From positions 40,311-104,310 of the forward strand of contig NZ_AWNK01000004.1 of the NCBI RefSeq assembly GCF_000469585.1: DNA of 64,000 bases. The letters run 5' to 3'. The notes under the pieces were generated by a model. It ran no database searches. It saw only the letters and a list, made by a program, of their open reading frames with translations, and was not told the origin of the DNA. Positions 23,858 through 33,620 of the stretch are shown here, piece by piece. The stretch is from Chrysiogenes arsenatis DSM 11915 (GTDB lineage Bacteria > Chrysiogenota > Chrysiogenetes > Chrysiogenales > Chrysiogenaceae). Each line of letters begins with the position of its first letter. Position 1 is the first letter of the stretch. The translations under genes were made by a program, and so were the position numbers.

Positions 23858-24491
23858 ATTTTTCCAAATAGCTGGCGATAGCTTTTTTAAGCCAGTCTAA
23901 CGTAATATCGTTGCTGATTAAAAAGAGGTATCCGCTTGCATTAAAGTGTTCGAGGTGAAAAACCGTCTTAAAATAAATCGCATACGAATTCTGCACTTCA
24001 AAAGCAGAATTCAGCGATGTGTGAATTTGATCTTTCACAAAAAAACGGGGTGGCGAATACGTCACAACATCATCCAGCAACTCAGCAATTTTACTGATAC
24101 ATGCCCCGATGACGATATTACTTACTTCAATCAATCCCTCTTTTTCAAGCACATCGACATCAGGATAATCTGCGATAATGGTGTTGCTGCTGTCAAATAA
24201 CCGCAGAAGCTTCTTCCCTTCGCCATGGGGAAAGAGAAGCAGGCTTGAGCCGCTAAACTTACCACTGAAAAACTGCGTAATCATACTCATATCATTGACA
24301 TCGGGTATTTCTTTGCGAATGCAGCGGAATACCTCTGCAAATGGGATGACCTGAATGACAGGCACCGTCAGCGTGACATGCTGATCAATAACATCTGAAA
24401 TTCCGGCAGCCGCTTGCCCAAAAGAGATATTCATAATTTCTTGCAGAACATCCCGCTCTATTTCATTTAAGTAGCTTTTCTCTGCGTCCAT
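23850..24491 (-). CDS. CheC-family CheY-P phosphatase-like protein
   Basis: Two copies of the CheC signature [D/S]xxxExxN-x22-P. The first is DVLQEIMN followed by 22 residues then P. The second is a slightly degenerate EVSN followed by 22 residues then P. Confidence 0.75.
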   Translation of the reverse strand: MDAEKSYLNEIERDVLQEIMNISFGQAAAGISDVIDQHVTLTVPVIQVIPFAEVFRCIRKEIPDVNDMSMITQFFSGKFSGSSLLLFPHGEGKKLLRLFDSSNTIIADYPDVDVLEKEGLIEVSNIVIGACISKIAELLDDVVTYSPPRFFVKDQIHTSLNSAFEVQNSYAIYFKTVFHLEHFNASGYLFLISNDITLDWLKKAIASYLEKYA

Positions 24492-24500
24492 CGTAGCCTC

Positions 24501-24863
24501 CTACTGCGCCAGCACTTGTCGCAAGGCGTCTTGAACACTCTCCTTGACCGGTGGCTTCTTGAGCAGAGCAAATGCGCCAAGTTGCATCGCCCGTTCGGTC
24601 ACACGCTTTTGTATATCTGCAGTTACCACTATTACGTTCGCGGTAGGATGTTCTTGCATGATTTCATGCAGAACATCAAGACCATTCATGTCTGGCATGG
24701 TCAAGTCGAGAAATGTCACGTCAGGGGAAATCTGGCGAAAGGTTTCCAGCGCCGAAGCGCCATCTTTTGCTTCGGTAATTTCGTGCCCCTGATCTTTCGG
24801 GATGGCACTTTTAAGGCTCATGCGTGCCACAATGGAGTCATCAACGATTAAGATTTTAGCCAT
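24501..24863 (-). CDS. CheY-like single-domain response regulator
   Basis: ILIVDDS ... VTFLDLTMPDMNG ... VVTA ... LKKP. Confidence 0.9.
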   Translation of the reverse strand: MAKILIVDDSIVARMSLKSAIPKDQGHEITEAKDGASALETFRQISPDVTFLDLTMPDMNGLDVLHEIMQEHPTANVIVVTADIQKRVTERAMQLGAFALLKKPPVKESVQDALRQVLAQ

Positions 24864-24944
24864 TATTTTTCCTTGGATGGGTAGAGATGACGCATCAAAC
24901 CTCTATCAGGATATCTCTATAATTCACGGCCCTTAGTAAACCGA

Positions 24945-24975
24945 AAAAGCCAGCATGAACCATGTTCATGCTGAC
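24945..24975 (-). terminator. Intrinsic terminator downstream of pnp
   Basis: 10-bp stem CAGCATGAAC (24951-24960) / GTTCATGCTG (24964-24973). On the minus strand it is followed by GCTTTTTCGGTTT. Confidence 0.65.
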
Positions 24976-24993
24976 TCAGTGAAACGTTATTGC

Positions 24994-27216
24994 TTAGCGG
25001 TTTCGGTTGTAGCCACCGCGATCACCACGATCACGGTCGCCACCACGGTGGTCTCGATCACTGTGAGGGCGGCGTGGTGGACGTTCTCCGCCACCATGAC
25101 TTTCCTCTTCAGCCATCCCTTCAGGGCGCTCTAAGAGTTCCTTGCGGGAAAGTTTAAACTTGCCCGTGCGGCTATCTATCTCAATCAATTTAACATCAAT
25201 AACGTCGCCTTCATTCAGGACGTCAGTCACCTGCGCAATGCGACGGTGATCGATTTGCGAGATATGCAGCAGGCCGTCGGTGTTTGGCAGGAATTCAACG
25301 AAGGCGCCAAACTCAGCAATTTTTTTCACCGTACCACGGTAGACTTTCCCAATCTCAGGTTCGGTGAGAATTCCTTCGATAATGGCAACGGCACGACGGA
25401 GACTTTCGGCATTGCTCGAAGCCACGCGACACAGGCCGCTATCTTCGATATCGATCTTCGCGCCTGTCTCTTCCACAATGCCACGAATGATTTTCCCGCC
25501 GGTACCAATGATGTCACGAATACGATCTGGTTTGACTTGTATCGTAACAATCCGCGGCGCGTGTTCACTCATTTCCGCACGTGGCATAGCGAGTACGTCG
25601 TTCATTTTGCCAAGGATAAACATCCGCCCTTCATGCGCTTTGGCAATCGCGGCTTTCATAATATCGATGGTGATCCCTTCGACTTTGATATCCATCTGCA
25701 AGGCAGTTACGCCACGCGCTGTCCCAGCAACTTTAAAGTCCATATCACCAAGGTGATCTTCAAGACCAAGGATGTCGGAAAGGATAGAGTAGCGATCCCC
25801 TTCAAGAATCAGCCCCATCGCGATCCCAGAAACTGCGCCTGTGACAGGAACACCAGCATCCATCAGTGAAAGTGATGCGCCACAAGCGCTTGCCATGCTG
25901 GAAGAGCCATTTGATTCGGTGATTTCAGAAACAATGCGCAGCGTGTACGGGAAGCTGCCATCTTTCGGAAGAATCGGCTCGATGGCACGACGCGCGAGCG
26001 CCCCGTGGCCGATTTCGCGACGTCCCGGTGAGCGGAGAATGCCGCATTCGCCAACACTGTACGGCGGGAAGTTATAATGAAAGAGGTAGTTGGATTTTGA
26101 TTCCCCTTCGAGATTTTCGACGAATTGTTCATCAGAAGACGTCCCTAAGGTTGTCACAACTATGGCCTGAGTTTCGCCACGCGTAAAGAGAACGCTGCCG
26201 TGTACACGGGGGAGAAACGATGGCTCGATGGTAATCTGACGAATTTCGTCCAGCGCACGACCATCAACACGGCGGCTGTGATCAAGCACGTTCCAACGCA
26301 ACACGCGACGTTCAAGTTCACTGAAAGCGGCTTTATAGTGCTTTTTAAGCGGTTCAAAGGCTTCGGCACCAATCTGAGCGGTAAAGTATTCAGACACTTC
26401 ACTCTTCAGGCGGCTCAGCGCTTCGTAAGTTTCAAGTTTATTGCCAATGCTCAACGCATCGTTAATTTTCTGGCGGAACGCCACATCAACCTGATCCATG
26501 ATCTCGGTTGGAATCGTTAAGAGCGAGTATTCACGTTTTGGATTTCCCGCAATGCGTCGCAGTTCCTCTTGTGCGTCAAGCAGTTTACCAATGGCGTCAT
26601 GGCCATAGGCAATAGCCGCGACGATATCATCGTTCGGCACTTCGTTCGCACCCGCTTCTACCATCAGGATAGCGCCGCGTGTCGAAGCAAGGAAAATATC
26701 AATATCACTTTCGCGCATCTGAGCAAATGTGGGGTTCAGAACAAATTCTCCATTGATGCGACCAATGCGGCAGGCGCCGAGTGGGCCACCAAACGGGATG
26801 TCCGAAATATGGAGCGCACAGGCTGCGCCATACATGGCCAGCGCATCAGCAGGCGTTTCGCCATCGGACGCGAGTACCGTCGCAATCACTTGCGTTTCGT
26901 TAACATACCCTTCAGGGAAAAGTGGACGGAGCGGCCGGTCAATCAGACGGGAAATAAGTGTTTCCCCGTCTGATGGCATGCCTTCGCGCTTCTTGTAACC
27001 ACCAGGGACTTTTCCGGTGCTATACCTTTTCTCTTGGTAGTTTACGGTGAGTGGAAAAAAATCGATCCCGTCACGTGCACTTTTACTGCTTACCGCTGTG
27101 ACCAGCACAACGTTATCACCTTGTTTGACGAGGACTGCCCCATCGGCTTGACGAGCTACTTTGCCCGTTTCGATCTCGATAATTTTCCCGCCGAATTCTA
27201 CTGATACTGAATGCAT
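24994..27216 (-). CDS. pnp: Polynucleotide phosphorylase
   Basis: Full-length duplicated RNase PH architecture followed by a KH region (GTGGKIIRGI) and an S1 region (VYRGTVKKIAEFGAFVEF). The gene lies downstream of rpsO. I chose ATG 27216 after AAGGAGAAGCT rather than the TTG at 27231. Confidence 0.97.
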   Translation of the reverse strand: MHSVSVEFGGKIIEIETGKVARQADGAVLVKQGDNVVLVTAVSSKSARDGIDFFPLTVNYQEKRYSTGKVPGGYKKREGMPSDGETLISRLIDRPLRPLFPEGYVNETQVIATVLASDGETPADALAMYGAACALHISDIPFGGPLGACRIGRINGEFVLNPTFAQMRESDIDIFLASTRGAILMVEAGANEVPNDDIVAAIAYGHDAIGKLLDAQEELRRIAGNPKREYSLLTIPTEIMDQVDVAFRQKINDALSIGNKLETYEALSRLKSEVSEYFTAQIGAEAFEPLKKHYKAAFSELERRVLRWNVLDHSRRVDGRALDEIRQITIEPSFLPRVHGSVLFTRGETQAIVVTTLGTSSDEQFVENLEGESKSNYLFHYNFPPYSVGECGILRSPGRREIGHGALARRAIEPILPKDGSFPYTLRIVSEITESNGSSSMASACGASLSLMDAGVPVTGAVSGIAMGLILEGDRYSILSDILGLEDHLGDMDFKVAGTARGVTALQMDIKVEGITIDIMKAAIAKAHEGRMFILGKMNDVLAMPRAEMSEHAPRIVTIQVKPDRIRDIIGTGGKIIRGIVEETGAKIDIEDSGLCRVASSNAESLRRAVAIIEGILTEPEIGKVYRGTVKKIAEFGAFVEFLPNTDGLLHISQIDHRRIAQVTDVLNEGDVIDVKLIEIDSRTGKFKLSRKELLERPEGMAEEESHGGGERPPRRPHSDRDHRGGDRDRGDRGGYNRNR

Positions 27217-27258
27217 AGCTTCTCCTTCCAATCTCCTCTTTGTGGTTTCCTGCGCTGC

Positions 27259-27528
27259 TTACTTCCGGATGCCGAGTTTGGTAATCAAACTGCGGTAGCG
27301 CTCGATATCTTTCCCTTTCAGGTAGTCGAGCAACCGACGGCGTTTACCGACGAGCATCAGCAGACCACGACGTGAGTGGAAGTCGTGAATGTGCTCTTTA
27401 AAGTGTTCAGTAAGGTAGTTGATCCGCTCTGTGAGGATCGCTACCTGTACCTCGGGGGAGCCAGTGTCGCCACCAGCAAGACCGAATTGAGTAATGAGTT
27501 CGCCTTTGCGTTCTTTCGTGAGTGCCAT
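27259..27528 (-). CDS. rpsO: 30S ribosomal protein S15
   Basis: 89 aa with the S15 pattern [16 protein letters not shown]...H..D.HSRRGL. Classical rpsO-pnp linkage. Confidence 0.97.
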   Translation of the reverse strand: MALTKERKGELITQFGLAGGDTGSPEVQVAILTERINYLTEHFKEHIHDFHSRRGLLMLVGKRRRLLDYLKGKDIERYRSLITKLGIRK

Positions 27529-27564
27529 TGAAACTACTCCTTGAAATATTAAATAAACCGTGAA

Positions 27565-27593
27565 TATCTAACACGATGAAGCGTATCCGTAAA
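27565..27593 (-). promoter_or_regulatory. Candidate sigma70-type promoter for rpsO
   Basis: Minus strand reads TTTACG, 17 nt, TAGATA, ending ~35 nt upstream of the rpsO ATG. This is a pattern match only. Confidence 0.3.
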
Positions 27594-27602
27594 GTCCTTT
27601 TC

Positions 27603-28193
27603 TTATTGCGACACCATTGCTTCCTCTACCAAATCACAAAAAAGATGGATGAGCGTAATGTGCATTTCCTGAATGCGCGGCGTGTGGGGTGACGGTACCA
27701 CTAAGGCGTGATCAGCCATGGCGGCTATTTTTCCGCCATCACGCCCTGAAAGTGCAACCGTAATTCCCCCAAGGCGTTTTGCCTCTTCCAGCGCCAGTAC
27801 CACATTCGGCGAATTGCCTGACGTGCTTATACCAATCACAATATCTCCCGTCTGACACAACCCTTCAACCTGGCGACGAAACACCTGATCATATCCATAG
27901 TCATTGCCTATCGCCGTCAGCGCCGCATTATCGGCACAGAGCGCAATAGCGGGCCATGCGCGCCGTTCACGGCGAAAGCGGCCAATAATCTCACCCGCCA
28001 AGTGCATAGCGTCTGAGGCTGAACCACCATTACCCATCACCAATATTTTATTCCCTGCTTGCAGGGCAGCGACAGTCGCATGCACTACCTGAAGTAACGG
28101 CTCACTCAGTGCAATGCGTGTGGCGTTTGCTACGGCAAGGTGCTCGTTCCATTGATCATCAATATTGCCGGAAAACTGGTAATTTTCACTCAT
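27603..28193 (-). CDS. gmhA: Phosphoheptose isomerase (SIS domain)
   Basis: SIS-domain pattern GNGGSASDAMH ... IGISTSGNSPNV ... with a GmhA-like size. The ATG at 28193 forms an ATGA overlap with the glycosyltransferase stop. Confidence 0.85.
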   Translation of the reverse strand: MSENYQFSGNIDDQWNEHLAVANATRIALSEPLLQVVHATVAALQAGNKILVMGNGGSASDAMHLAGEIIGRFRRERRAWPAIALCADNAALTAIGNDYGYDQVFRRQVEGLCQTGDIVIGISTSGNSPNVVLALEEAKRLGGITVALSGRDGGKIAAMADHALVVPSPHTPRIQEMHITLIHLFCDLVEEAMVSQ

Positions 28194-29314
28194 ACACACA
28201 CTCCTCTTTGTTTACTGGCGATAACCGCCTGAATAACCGCTATTGTTTGTTCAACGTTGCTTTCGATGGAAAATTCCTCCGCGATGCATCGTGCTTGCGC
28301 GCCATGCTCGCGTGCTCGTGTGTGATCTAAAAATGGCTCCATTTTATTCGCCAACTCTTCAGGAGTAAAGTGCTCAAGCACTCCAGCATTGTGAAGAAGT
28401 TCCGATGCACCATTATTGCTCGACGTCAACACAGCCGTACCCCATGAAGCTGCTTCAAGACAAGTATTACTAAAAGGGTCGTAGTACGTTGGCAAAACAA
28501 AGAGGTTCGCCGCTGCATAGTACAACGCAGGTTCCTTCACGGGGCCGGTAAACGTCACGCGCTGTTCAATGCCAAGTGTGCGCGCTAACTTCTGGTATGG
28601 GCGGAGATCACCTTTGCCAACAATAAAAGCATGGCAAGGAGCCTTTAATAAGGCGAGACCTTGCAGGAACAACCCTACCCCTTTGCGTTCAAAACCACTC
28701 CCAACATAGGTAAAAATAGGCCTATCAGAGGGAATTCTTGCCTCTGTCAGCACCTGGGTACGCAGCTCATCCCGCGAAGCAATATCCGGCACAACAACAC
28801 CATTATAAATAACCTGTATCCGCTGCTCAGGAACGCCATAATGCTGCATCACATTGCGCTTTACCATTTGGCTATTCGCAATAATAACTGGAGTTTGCGC
28901 AAAGAGTTGCCTTTCTAACGTCAGGATTTCCCTATTCTTGGGATTCAACCACTCTTTCATCCAATTGCCACGCAAATGCTGACGTTTGATATTGAGCCAC
29001 TCGCGATGCACACCATCACCCGCACGGTAGATATCCTGACCAACGGTTCGCTCCAGACTGAACACCACATCAAACGCGTTGCGCGCAAGGATAGTTTCCA
29101 CTGCCATAGCAAAACGCTTCACGCCGCGCCAACGATGCTTTGACACGCGGTGCAACGTCATGTGCGGGACATCCTCCCAGCGCTCGGCAATCACGTGCTG
29201 ATCGTACCGACTCCCAAGTGTTTCGATGAGACGCGAAAGGTAGCGCTCGGCTCCCCCATATAACGAAAAGTGGCGGCGGATAAAACAGAGCGAAAATGGT
29301 TCATTCGGTGTCAC
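28190..29314 (-). CDS. Family-4 (GT-B) glycosyltransferase, probable LPS core biosynthesis
   Basis: The C-terminal half has the GT4 pattern (FVLPTYYDPFSNTCLEAASWGTAVL, of the E-x7-E type). The gene is translationally coupled to gmhA. Confidence 0.8.
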   Translation of the reverse strand: MTPNEPFSLCFIRRHFSLYGGAERYLSRLIETLGSRYDQHVIAERWEDVPHMTLHRVSKHRWRGVKRFAMAVETILARNAFDVVFSLERTVGQDIYRAGDGVHREWLNIKRQHLRGNWMKEWLNPKNREILTLERQLFAQTPVIIANSQMVKRNVMQHYGVPEQRIQVIYNGVVVPDIASRDELRTQVLTEARIPSDRPIFTYVGSGFERKGVGLFLQGLALLKAPCHAFIVGKGDLRPYQKLARTLGIEQRVTFTGPVKEPALYYAAANLFVLPTYYDPFSNTCLEAASWGTAVLTSSNNGASELLHNAGVLEHFTPEELANKMEPFLDHTRAREHGAQARCIAEEFSIESNVEQTIAVIQAVIASKQRGVCV

Positions 29315-29374
29315 AACTGCTCCAAATATGTATCATTATCATTGCTTACAAGTAGCGTTTTGTTTCAAAGGCGG

Positions 29375-30661
29375 CTAACGCACAACGGGCAACTCATCCC
29401 ATTTTGTAGTATAACGCGGCGACAGGTTGACCTGTCGCGTATCCCACGTGTGCTCTTTGGGTTTCCCTTGGGCAGCAAACCAGATTGTGCCGCGTCCGCC
29501 ACGGTTAATACGATCAAGGGCTTGCATCAGTTGTTGGCTCTTTTGGATTTCCCCTTCGTCTTCAAAAAGACTCCGCACTTTACGGTGGCGTGGGAGTATT
29601 TCACCCAGCATAACTCCAGCTTTACTATACGCATGCCCTTCGCGCCAAATGCTTTGTAAGAGTGAGCTGGCAGCACTGATAATGTCACGACTATCGTCAG
29701 TGGCCATGCCAAGCGCCATACTTGCACTATTCGCATAATAAGGCTGGCTTTCACTAAAAGGGCTGGTTTGAAGAAAAATGGTAACGTGCTGGGTAAGAAG
29801 TTTTTGCTCGCGCAGTTTCGCTGTCGCATTTCCGGCATAAGTACAGACGGCTTCTTGCATATCAACGTTTGCCGTAATCCGTTTCCCAAAGGAGCGCGAA
29901 CAGATGAGTTGCTTTTGTATCGGAGGGCTTTCTTCGAAGGCAAAACACGGGATACCATTCAGTTCATGGATAGTACGCGACAGGGTTACGGAAAAGCGCC
30001 GCTTGATTTCTTGCGGGTTCGCCTGCGCTAGTTGCAGCGCGGTTTTAATGCCGTAGAGGTGCAGTTTTTCGGTGGTCTTTTTCCCGACACCCCACACATC
30101 TGAAACGGGGGTGATTTCCATCAGCTTTCTTTGACGTATAGAGTCGGTAAGATCGACGACACCATTCGTCGCAGGGTATTTTTTCGCAGCATAGTTGGCG
30201 AGTTTCGCAAGGGTTTTTGTAGGGCCGATCCCAATGCCTACCGTGATACCAATCCACTTGGATACAGTTTGGCGTACACGTTGCCCATATTCGGCAAGTG
30301 GTTCAACGTTGCCGATACCACTGACATCAAGGAACGCTTCATCGATCGAATATATTTCCATCCTCGGTGCAAGGGTTTCGAGAATCGCCATCATCCGTGC
30401 CGACATATCGGCGTAGAGTGGATAGTTGGAGGAAAACGCCACAATCCCATGCCGCTCAATTTCATTTTTGATTTGAAACGCAGGTACCCCCATTTTGATA
30501 CCTAATGCTTTGGCTTCCTTGGAACGAGCCACCACGCAACCATCGTTATTGGAAAAAACGACAACAGGAGTCTCTTTGAGATCAGGTCGAAAGATTTTTT
30601 CGCAACTGGCGTAAAAATTATTACCGTCGATCAAGGCATAGAGGGGCATTGGAGAAATCAT
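29375..30661 (-). CDS. umuC: Y-family translesion DNA polymerase subunit UmuC
   Basis: N-terminus ALIDGNNFYASCEKIFRPDL and SIDEAFLDV, followed by palm/fingers/little-finger length. 4-nt overlap with umuD. Confidence 0.9.
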   Translation of the reverse strand: MISPMPLYALIDGNNFYASCEKIFRPDLKETPVVVFSNNDGCVVARSKEAKALGIKMGVPAFQIKNEIERHGIVAFSSNYPLYADMSARMMAILETLAPRMEIYSIDEAFLDVSGIGNVEPLAEYGQRVRQTVSKWIGITVGIGIGPTKTLAKLANYAAKKYPATNGVVDLTDSIRQRKLMEITPVSDVWGVGKKTTEKLHLYGIKTALQLAQANPQEIKRRFSVTLSRTIHELNGIPCFAFEESPPIQKQLICSRSFGKRITANVDMQEAVCTYAGNATAKLREQKLLTQHVTIFLQTSPFSESQPYYANSASMALGMATDDSRDIISAASSLLQSIWREGHAYSKAGVMLGEILPRHRKVRSLFEDEGEIQKSQQLMQALDRINRGGRGTIWFAAQGKPKEHTWDTRQVNLSPRYTTKWDELPVVR

Positions 30662-31095
30662 AACAGTCGCTTCACCGCATGAATAATAGTGGTGACAACC
30701 CCGAAGATATCAACGTCGGCGCCATCTGGCACCTCAATCGGAGCATAGAACGAATTCATGGGAACCAGTCGCACGGTTGGTCTCATTTCGAGTTTTTTCA
30801 CCGTCAGCTCTCCATGAAACCCGGCAACCACAATATCACCGTGCTGAGCCTCAAGCGAACGATCAACAATCAAAATATCGCCCGGAGCAATACCCGCTTC
30901 TCTCATCGAATCCCCTTCCGCACGGACAAAAAAAGTGGCCGTAGGGTTGCGAATACACAGCTCATTAAGATCAAGCATCTTCTCTATATAATCTTGCGCA
31001 GGGGATGGAAAACCTGCCCGCACCGCTTCTACATACAGCGGAATTTGCAATGGTTTATCAGGGAGTTGGCATGTGCCAAGTATGGCAATACTCAT
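30658..31095 (-). CDS. umuD: UmuD (LexA-like S24 self-cleaving protein)
   Basis: VRAGFPSPA with an Ala-Gly cleavage site. The GDSM catalytic Ser region and VVKRL Lys region follow. Confidence 0.9.
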   Translation of the reverse strand: MSIAILGTCQLPDKPLQIPLYVEAVRAGFPSPAQDYIEKMLDLNELCIRNPTATFFVRAEGDSMREAGIAPGDILIVDRSLEAQHGDIVVAGFHGELTVKKLEMRPTVRLVPMNSFYAPIEVPDGADVDIFGVVTTIIHAVKRLL

Positions 31096-31122
31096 GGAAA
31101 GCTCCTTAAGAGGGCAATGACG

Positions 31123-31548
31123 TTACGGCTGTAATTCCCGTACAGTCAGCCGGTTTTCATCAATAGCCATCACTTCGACTTTGGTTCCATCAGGAAATGG
31201 GACAGTACTTTGTGCATCGTATCGCCAAAGCGTTCCACTGTATTCCACGAATTCCCCCTTCACGATACCAATTCCATGTGTGTTGATGGCTTCTATTTCG
31301 GGATGCGGCGTGGTGTCAATAAACCGTTTGCGCAGCAAGAGGAGCAAGACCAGCCCGACGGCTGCCGCAAGGGCACTTTGCAATGCCCAGTGACCAAGCA
31401 GTGCTGGAAAAAGGGCGTGAATAAGTGCCGTTGCCGCAAATCCAGCTCCAAACCACATCATGACAAAAGTGCCAGGAAAAAAAATGAGTTCGATAATGAT
31501 CAACGCGGCGGCAATGCCACCAAGCCAGAGTGGTGCCAGTGGCATCAT
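31123..31548 (-). CDS. NfeD-family membrane protein
   Basis: 141 aa with three or four N-terminal TM segments and a C-terminal soluble beta domain. 4-nt overlap with the upstream SPFH gene, the classical SPFH-NfeD pair. Confidence 0.8.
   Translation of the reverse strand: MMPLAPLWLGGIAAALIIIELIFFPGTFVMMWFGAGFAATALIHALFPALLGHWALQSALAAAVGLVLLLLLRKRFIDTTPHPEIEAINTHGIGIVKGEFVEYSGTLWRYDAQSTVPFPDGTKVEVMAIDENRLTVRELQP
31129..31145 (-). promoter_or_regulatory. Palindrome CTGTA-N7-TACAG upstream of umuD (candidate LexA operator)
   Basis: CTGTAATTCCCGTACAG lies 34-50 nt upstream of the umuD ATG, inside the last codons of nfeD. It resembles the CTGT-N8-ACAG SOS box but with one extra spacer nt. Confidence 0.3.
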
Positions 31549-32456
31549 GGCTGTTTGCCTTTATTGAACAAGTCTGAAAGAAGGCCGATGCCGGATGCCA
31601 TGCTCGACATTTCGGCAGGGACGACCCATTTACTAACAGCATCATTTTTCGCAAGGGTATTCCAAGCGGCAATACGGTCTTTTTCGAGCAGGAACTGGGC
31701 CGCAAGTTGATTATCTTGCATCGCGCTGTTGATCATTTCCATCGCCGCTTTCTGCCCTTCGGCAGTAGCCTTTTGGGCAAAGGCATCAGCTTGCGCAAGA
31801 CGCTCTTGGGCTTCTGCTTTCTTTTGCGCCTGATAGAGATCCGCATCTGACTCTTTTTGCACCTTCACTTTATCCGCTTCGGCACGAGTTTCGATGGCTC
31901 GCTTTTCACGCTCGGCAGTCATTTGCATTTCCATCGCTCTTTTGACCTGATCGGGAACGGAAATTTCGCTCACTTCAACCCGCATGATTTTAGTACCCCA
32001 AGAACTTGAGGCGAGATCAAGCTGCATCATCACTTTGGTATTGATGACGTCGCGACCGGAAAGGATCTGGTCAAGATCCATTTCACCGATGACAGCCCGC
32101 ATATTGGTGATCGCAAGATTTGAAATAGAGCTGTAGAGATCGAGCACTTTATACGTCGCATCAACCGCATTATGGGTAACGATAAAACACACACCATCGA
32201 TAGTGATAGTAACGTTATCGCGCGTAATTACCGACTGCTTGGGAATATTCACCATCGCCTCTTTGGTAGAAATCTTACTTACTACTTTATCAACAAACGG
32301 GATAATAAGACTCAGCCCCGGCGCAAGCGTCCGATGATATTTTCCAAGGCGCTCTACAATCATGTAGTGCGCTTGGGGTACAATGCGAACCGCAAATGAC
32401 GTCACCAAAAAAAGTGCTGCCGCCAGCGTTACCCAAAACGTAAGTGATTCGTACAT
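31545..32456 (-). CDS. SPFH/band-7 (stomatin-like) protein
   Basis: IVPQAHYMIVERLGKYHRTLAPGL is followed by an SPFH core and a coiled-coil tail rich in A, E, K and Q. I chose ATG 32456 after GGAGG. Confidence 0.9.
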   Translation of the reverse strand: MYESLTFWVTLAAALFLVTSFAVRIVPQAHYMIVERLGKYHRTLAPGLSLIIPFVDKVVSKISTKEAMVNIPKQSVITRDNVTITIDGVCFIVTHNAVDATYKVLDLYSSISNLAITNMRAVIGEMDLDQILSGRDVINTKVMMQLDLASSSWGTKIMRVEVSEISVPDQVKRAMEMQMTAEREKRAIETRAEADKVKVQKESDADLYQAQKKAEAQERLAQADAFAQKATAEGQKAAMEMINSAMQDNQLAAQFLLEKDRIAAWNTLAKNDAVSKWVVPAEMSSMASGIGLLSDLFNKGKQP

Positions 32457-32769
32457 CGCAAAACCTCCAGCAAAGAATAAAAACCATTTTTCAGCATAGT
32501 AACTGACCCATTCCTGACAGAACACCACAACAGACTAGTACGCTCAACAGCAGGAATCAACACTATTCATATTTCAGAAGAGTTGGTGAAGCACCTCCCC
32601 ACACCGAATATAAGACACATGAGAGTAAAGACATTAGGACTTGCGAAGCGGTATAAATCACTTATAGTACCCATGCGAAAAAGATCCACCACGCGGCAAC
32701 AAATCAAGATCCATTTATTTGACGCCTTTGTGCCGCCCAACCGAAACAAACTCAAGGAGTTTCCTAACC

Positions 32770-33540
32770 ATGCCACAACCGGTAGCCCTTATTACAGGAG
32801 CCGCCCAAACTATTGGGCGCAGTATTGTAGAGAAGCTGCGTCAACACCACTGGCGAGTGGCCGCACTTGACTGTGATGAGGACGCTATTGCGGACGCACA
32901 AAACACATGGGCTGCTGGTGATAATGAGATTCTGTGGCTCACCGCTGACGTGGCGAGTGAAACTGATGTGGCAAATTGCATTCAGCGCATAGTCAGCCAG
33001 TGGGAGCGGCTGGACGCCGTCGTGAACAATGCTGCCATAACGAACCCCGTTAGCGAACGGCCAGAAGACCTTCAGTTTGATTTCTGGCAACGGGTAATAG
33101 CGGTCAACCTGAGCGGATCATTTTTGGTATGCAAATACGCCATTCCCTTCTTAAAAAAATACAACGGCGCCATTATCAACATCGCCTCTACCCGCGCCTT
33201 ACAATCAGAACCCAACTGCGAAGCCTACGCCGCAAGTAAAGGAGGCCTACTCAGCCTGACCCATGCCCTTGCCGCATCGCTTGCCGGAAACGTACGCGTC
33301 AATGCCATTAGCCCCGGATGGATCGACACTGGGCCATGGAAATCTACCACCAAACGTCAGTCATTGCTGAGCAATCCTGCCGACCACGCATGGCATTGGA
33401 CTGGACGTATCGGATTACCCGAAGATGTCGCATCGATGGTGCATTATCTCTTTTCGCCAGCAGCAGGATTTATCACAGGGCAGAACTTTATTATTGATGG
33501 GGGAGTAACGCGCAAAATGGTTTACCCACCAGAAACATGA
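32770..33540 (+). CDS. Short-chain dehydrogenase/reductase
   Basis: ITGAAQTIGRSI (nucleotide-binding), NNAA and YAASKGG (YxxxK). I chose ATG 32770 after AAGGAG. Confidence 0.9.
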   Translation: MPQPVALITGAAQTIGRSIVEKLRQHHWRVAALDCDEDAIADAQNTWAAGDNEILWLTADVASETDVANCIQRIVSQWERLDAVVNNAAITNPVSERPEDLQFDFWQRVIAVNLSGSFLVCKYAIPFLKKYNGAIINIASTRALQSEPNCEAYAASKGGLLSLTHALAASLAGNVRVNAISPGWIDTGPWKSTTKRQSLLSNPADHAWHWTGRIGLPEDVASMVHYLFSPAAGFITGQNFIIDGGVTRKMVYPPET

Positions 33541-33620
33541 TTCACGCTGAGTTTGCATAGAGACAGTCACAATTGTGTTTAAAATAACGATATGAGACGG
33601 AGAGAGTGCTGGCAGAAATT

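Noticed and set aside
29375-31095. umuDC as a marker of an integrative or mobile element
   Set aside because: No integrase, transposase, conjugation gene or flanking direct repeat is visible. The neighbours are ordinary chromosomal genes.
32457-32769. 313-bp divergent intergenic region inspected for a tRNA, sRNA or riboswitch
   Set aside because: I could find no cloverleaf-compatible arms, conserved riboswitch core or strong hairpin plus U-tract. It probably holds just two divergent promoters.
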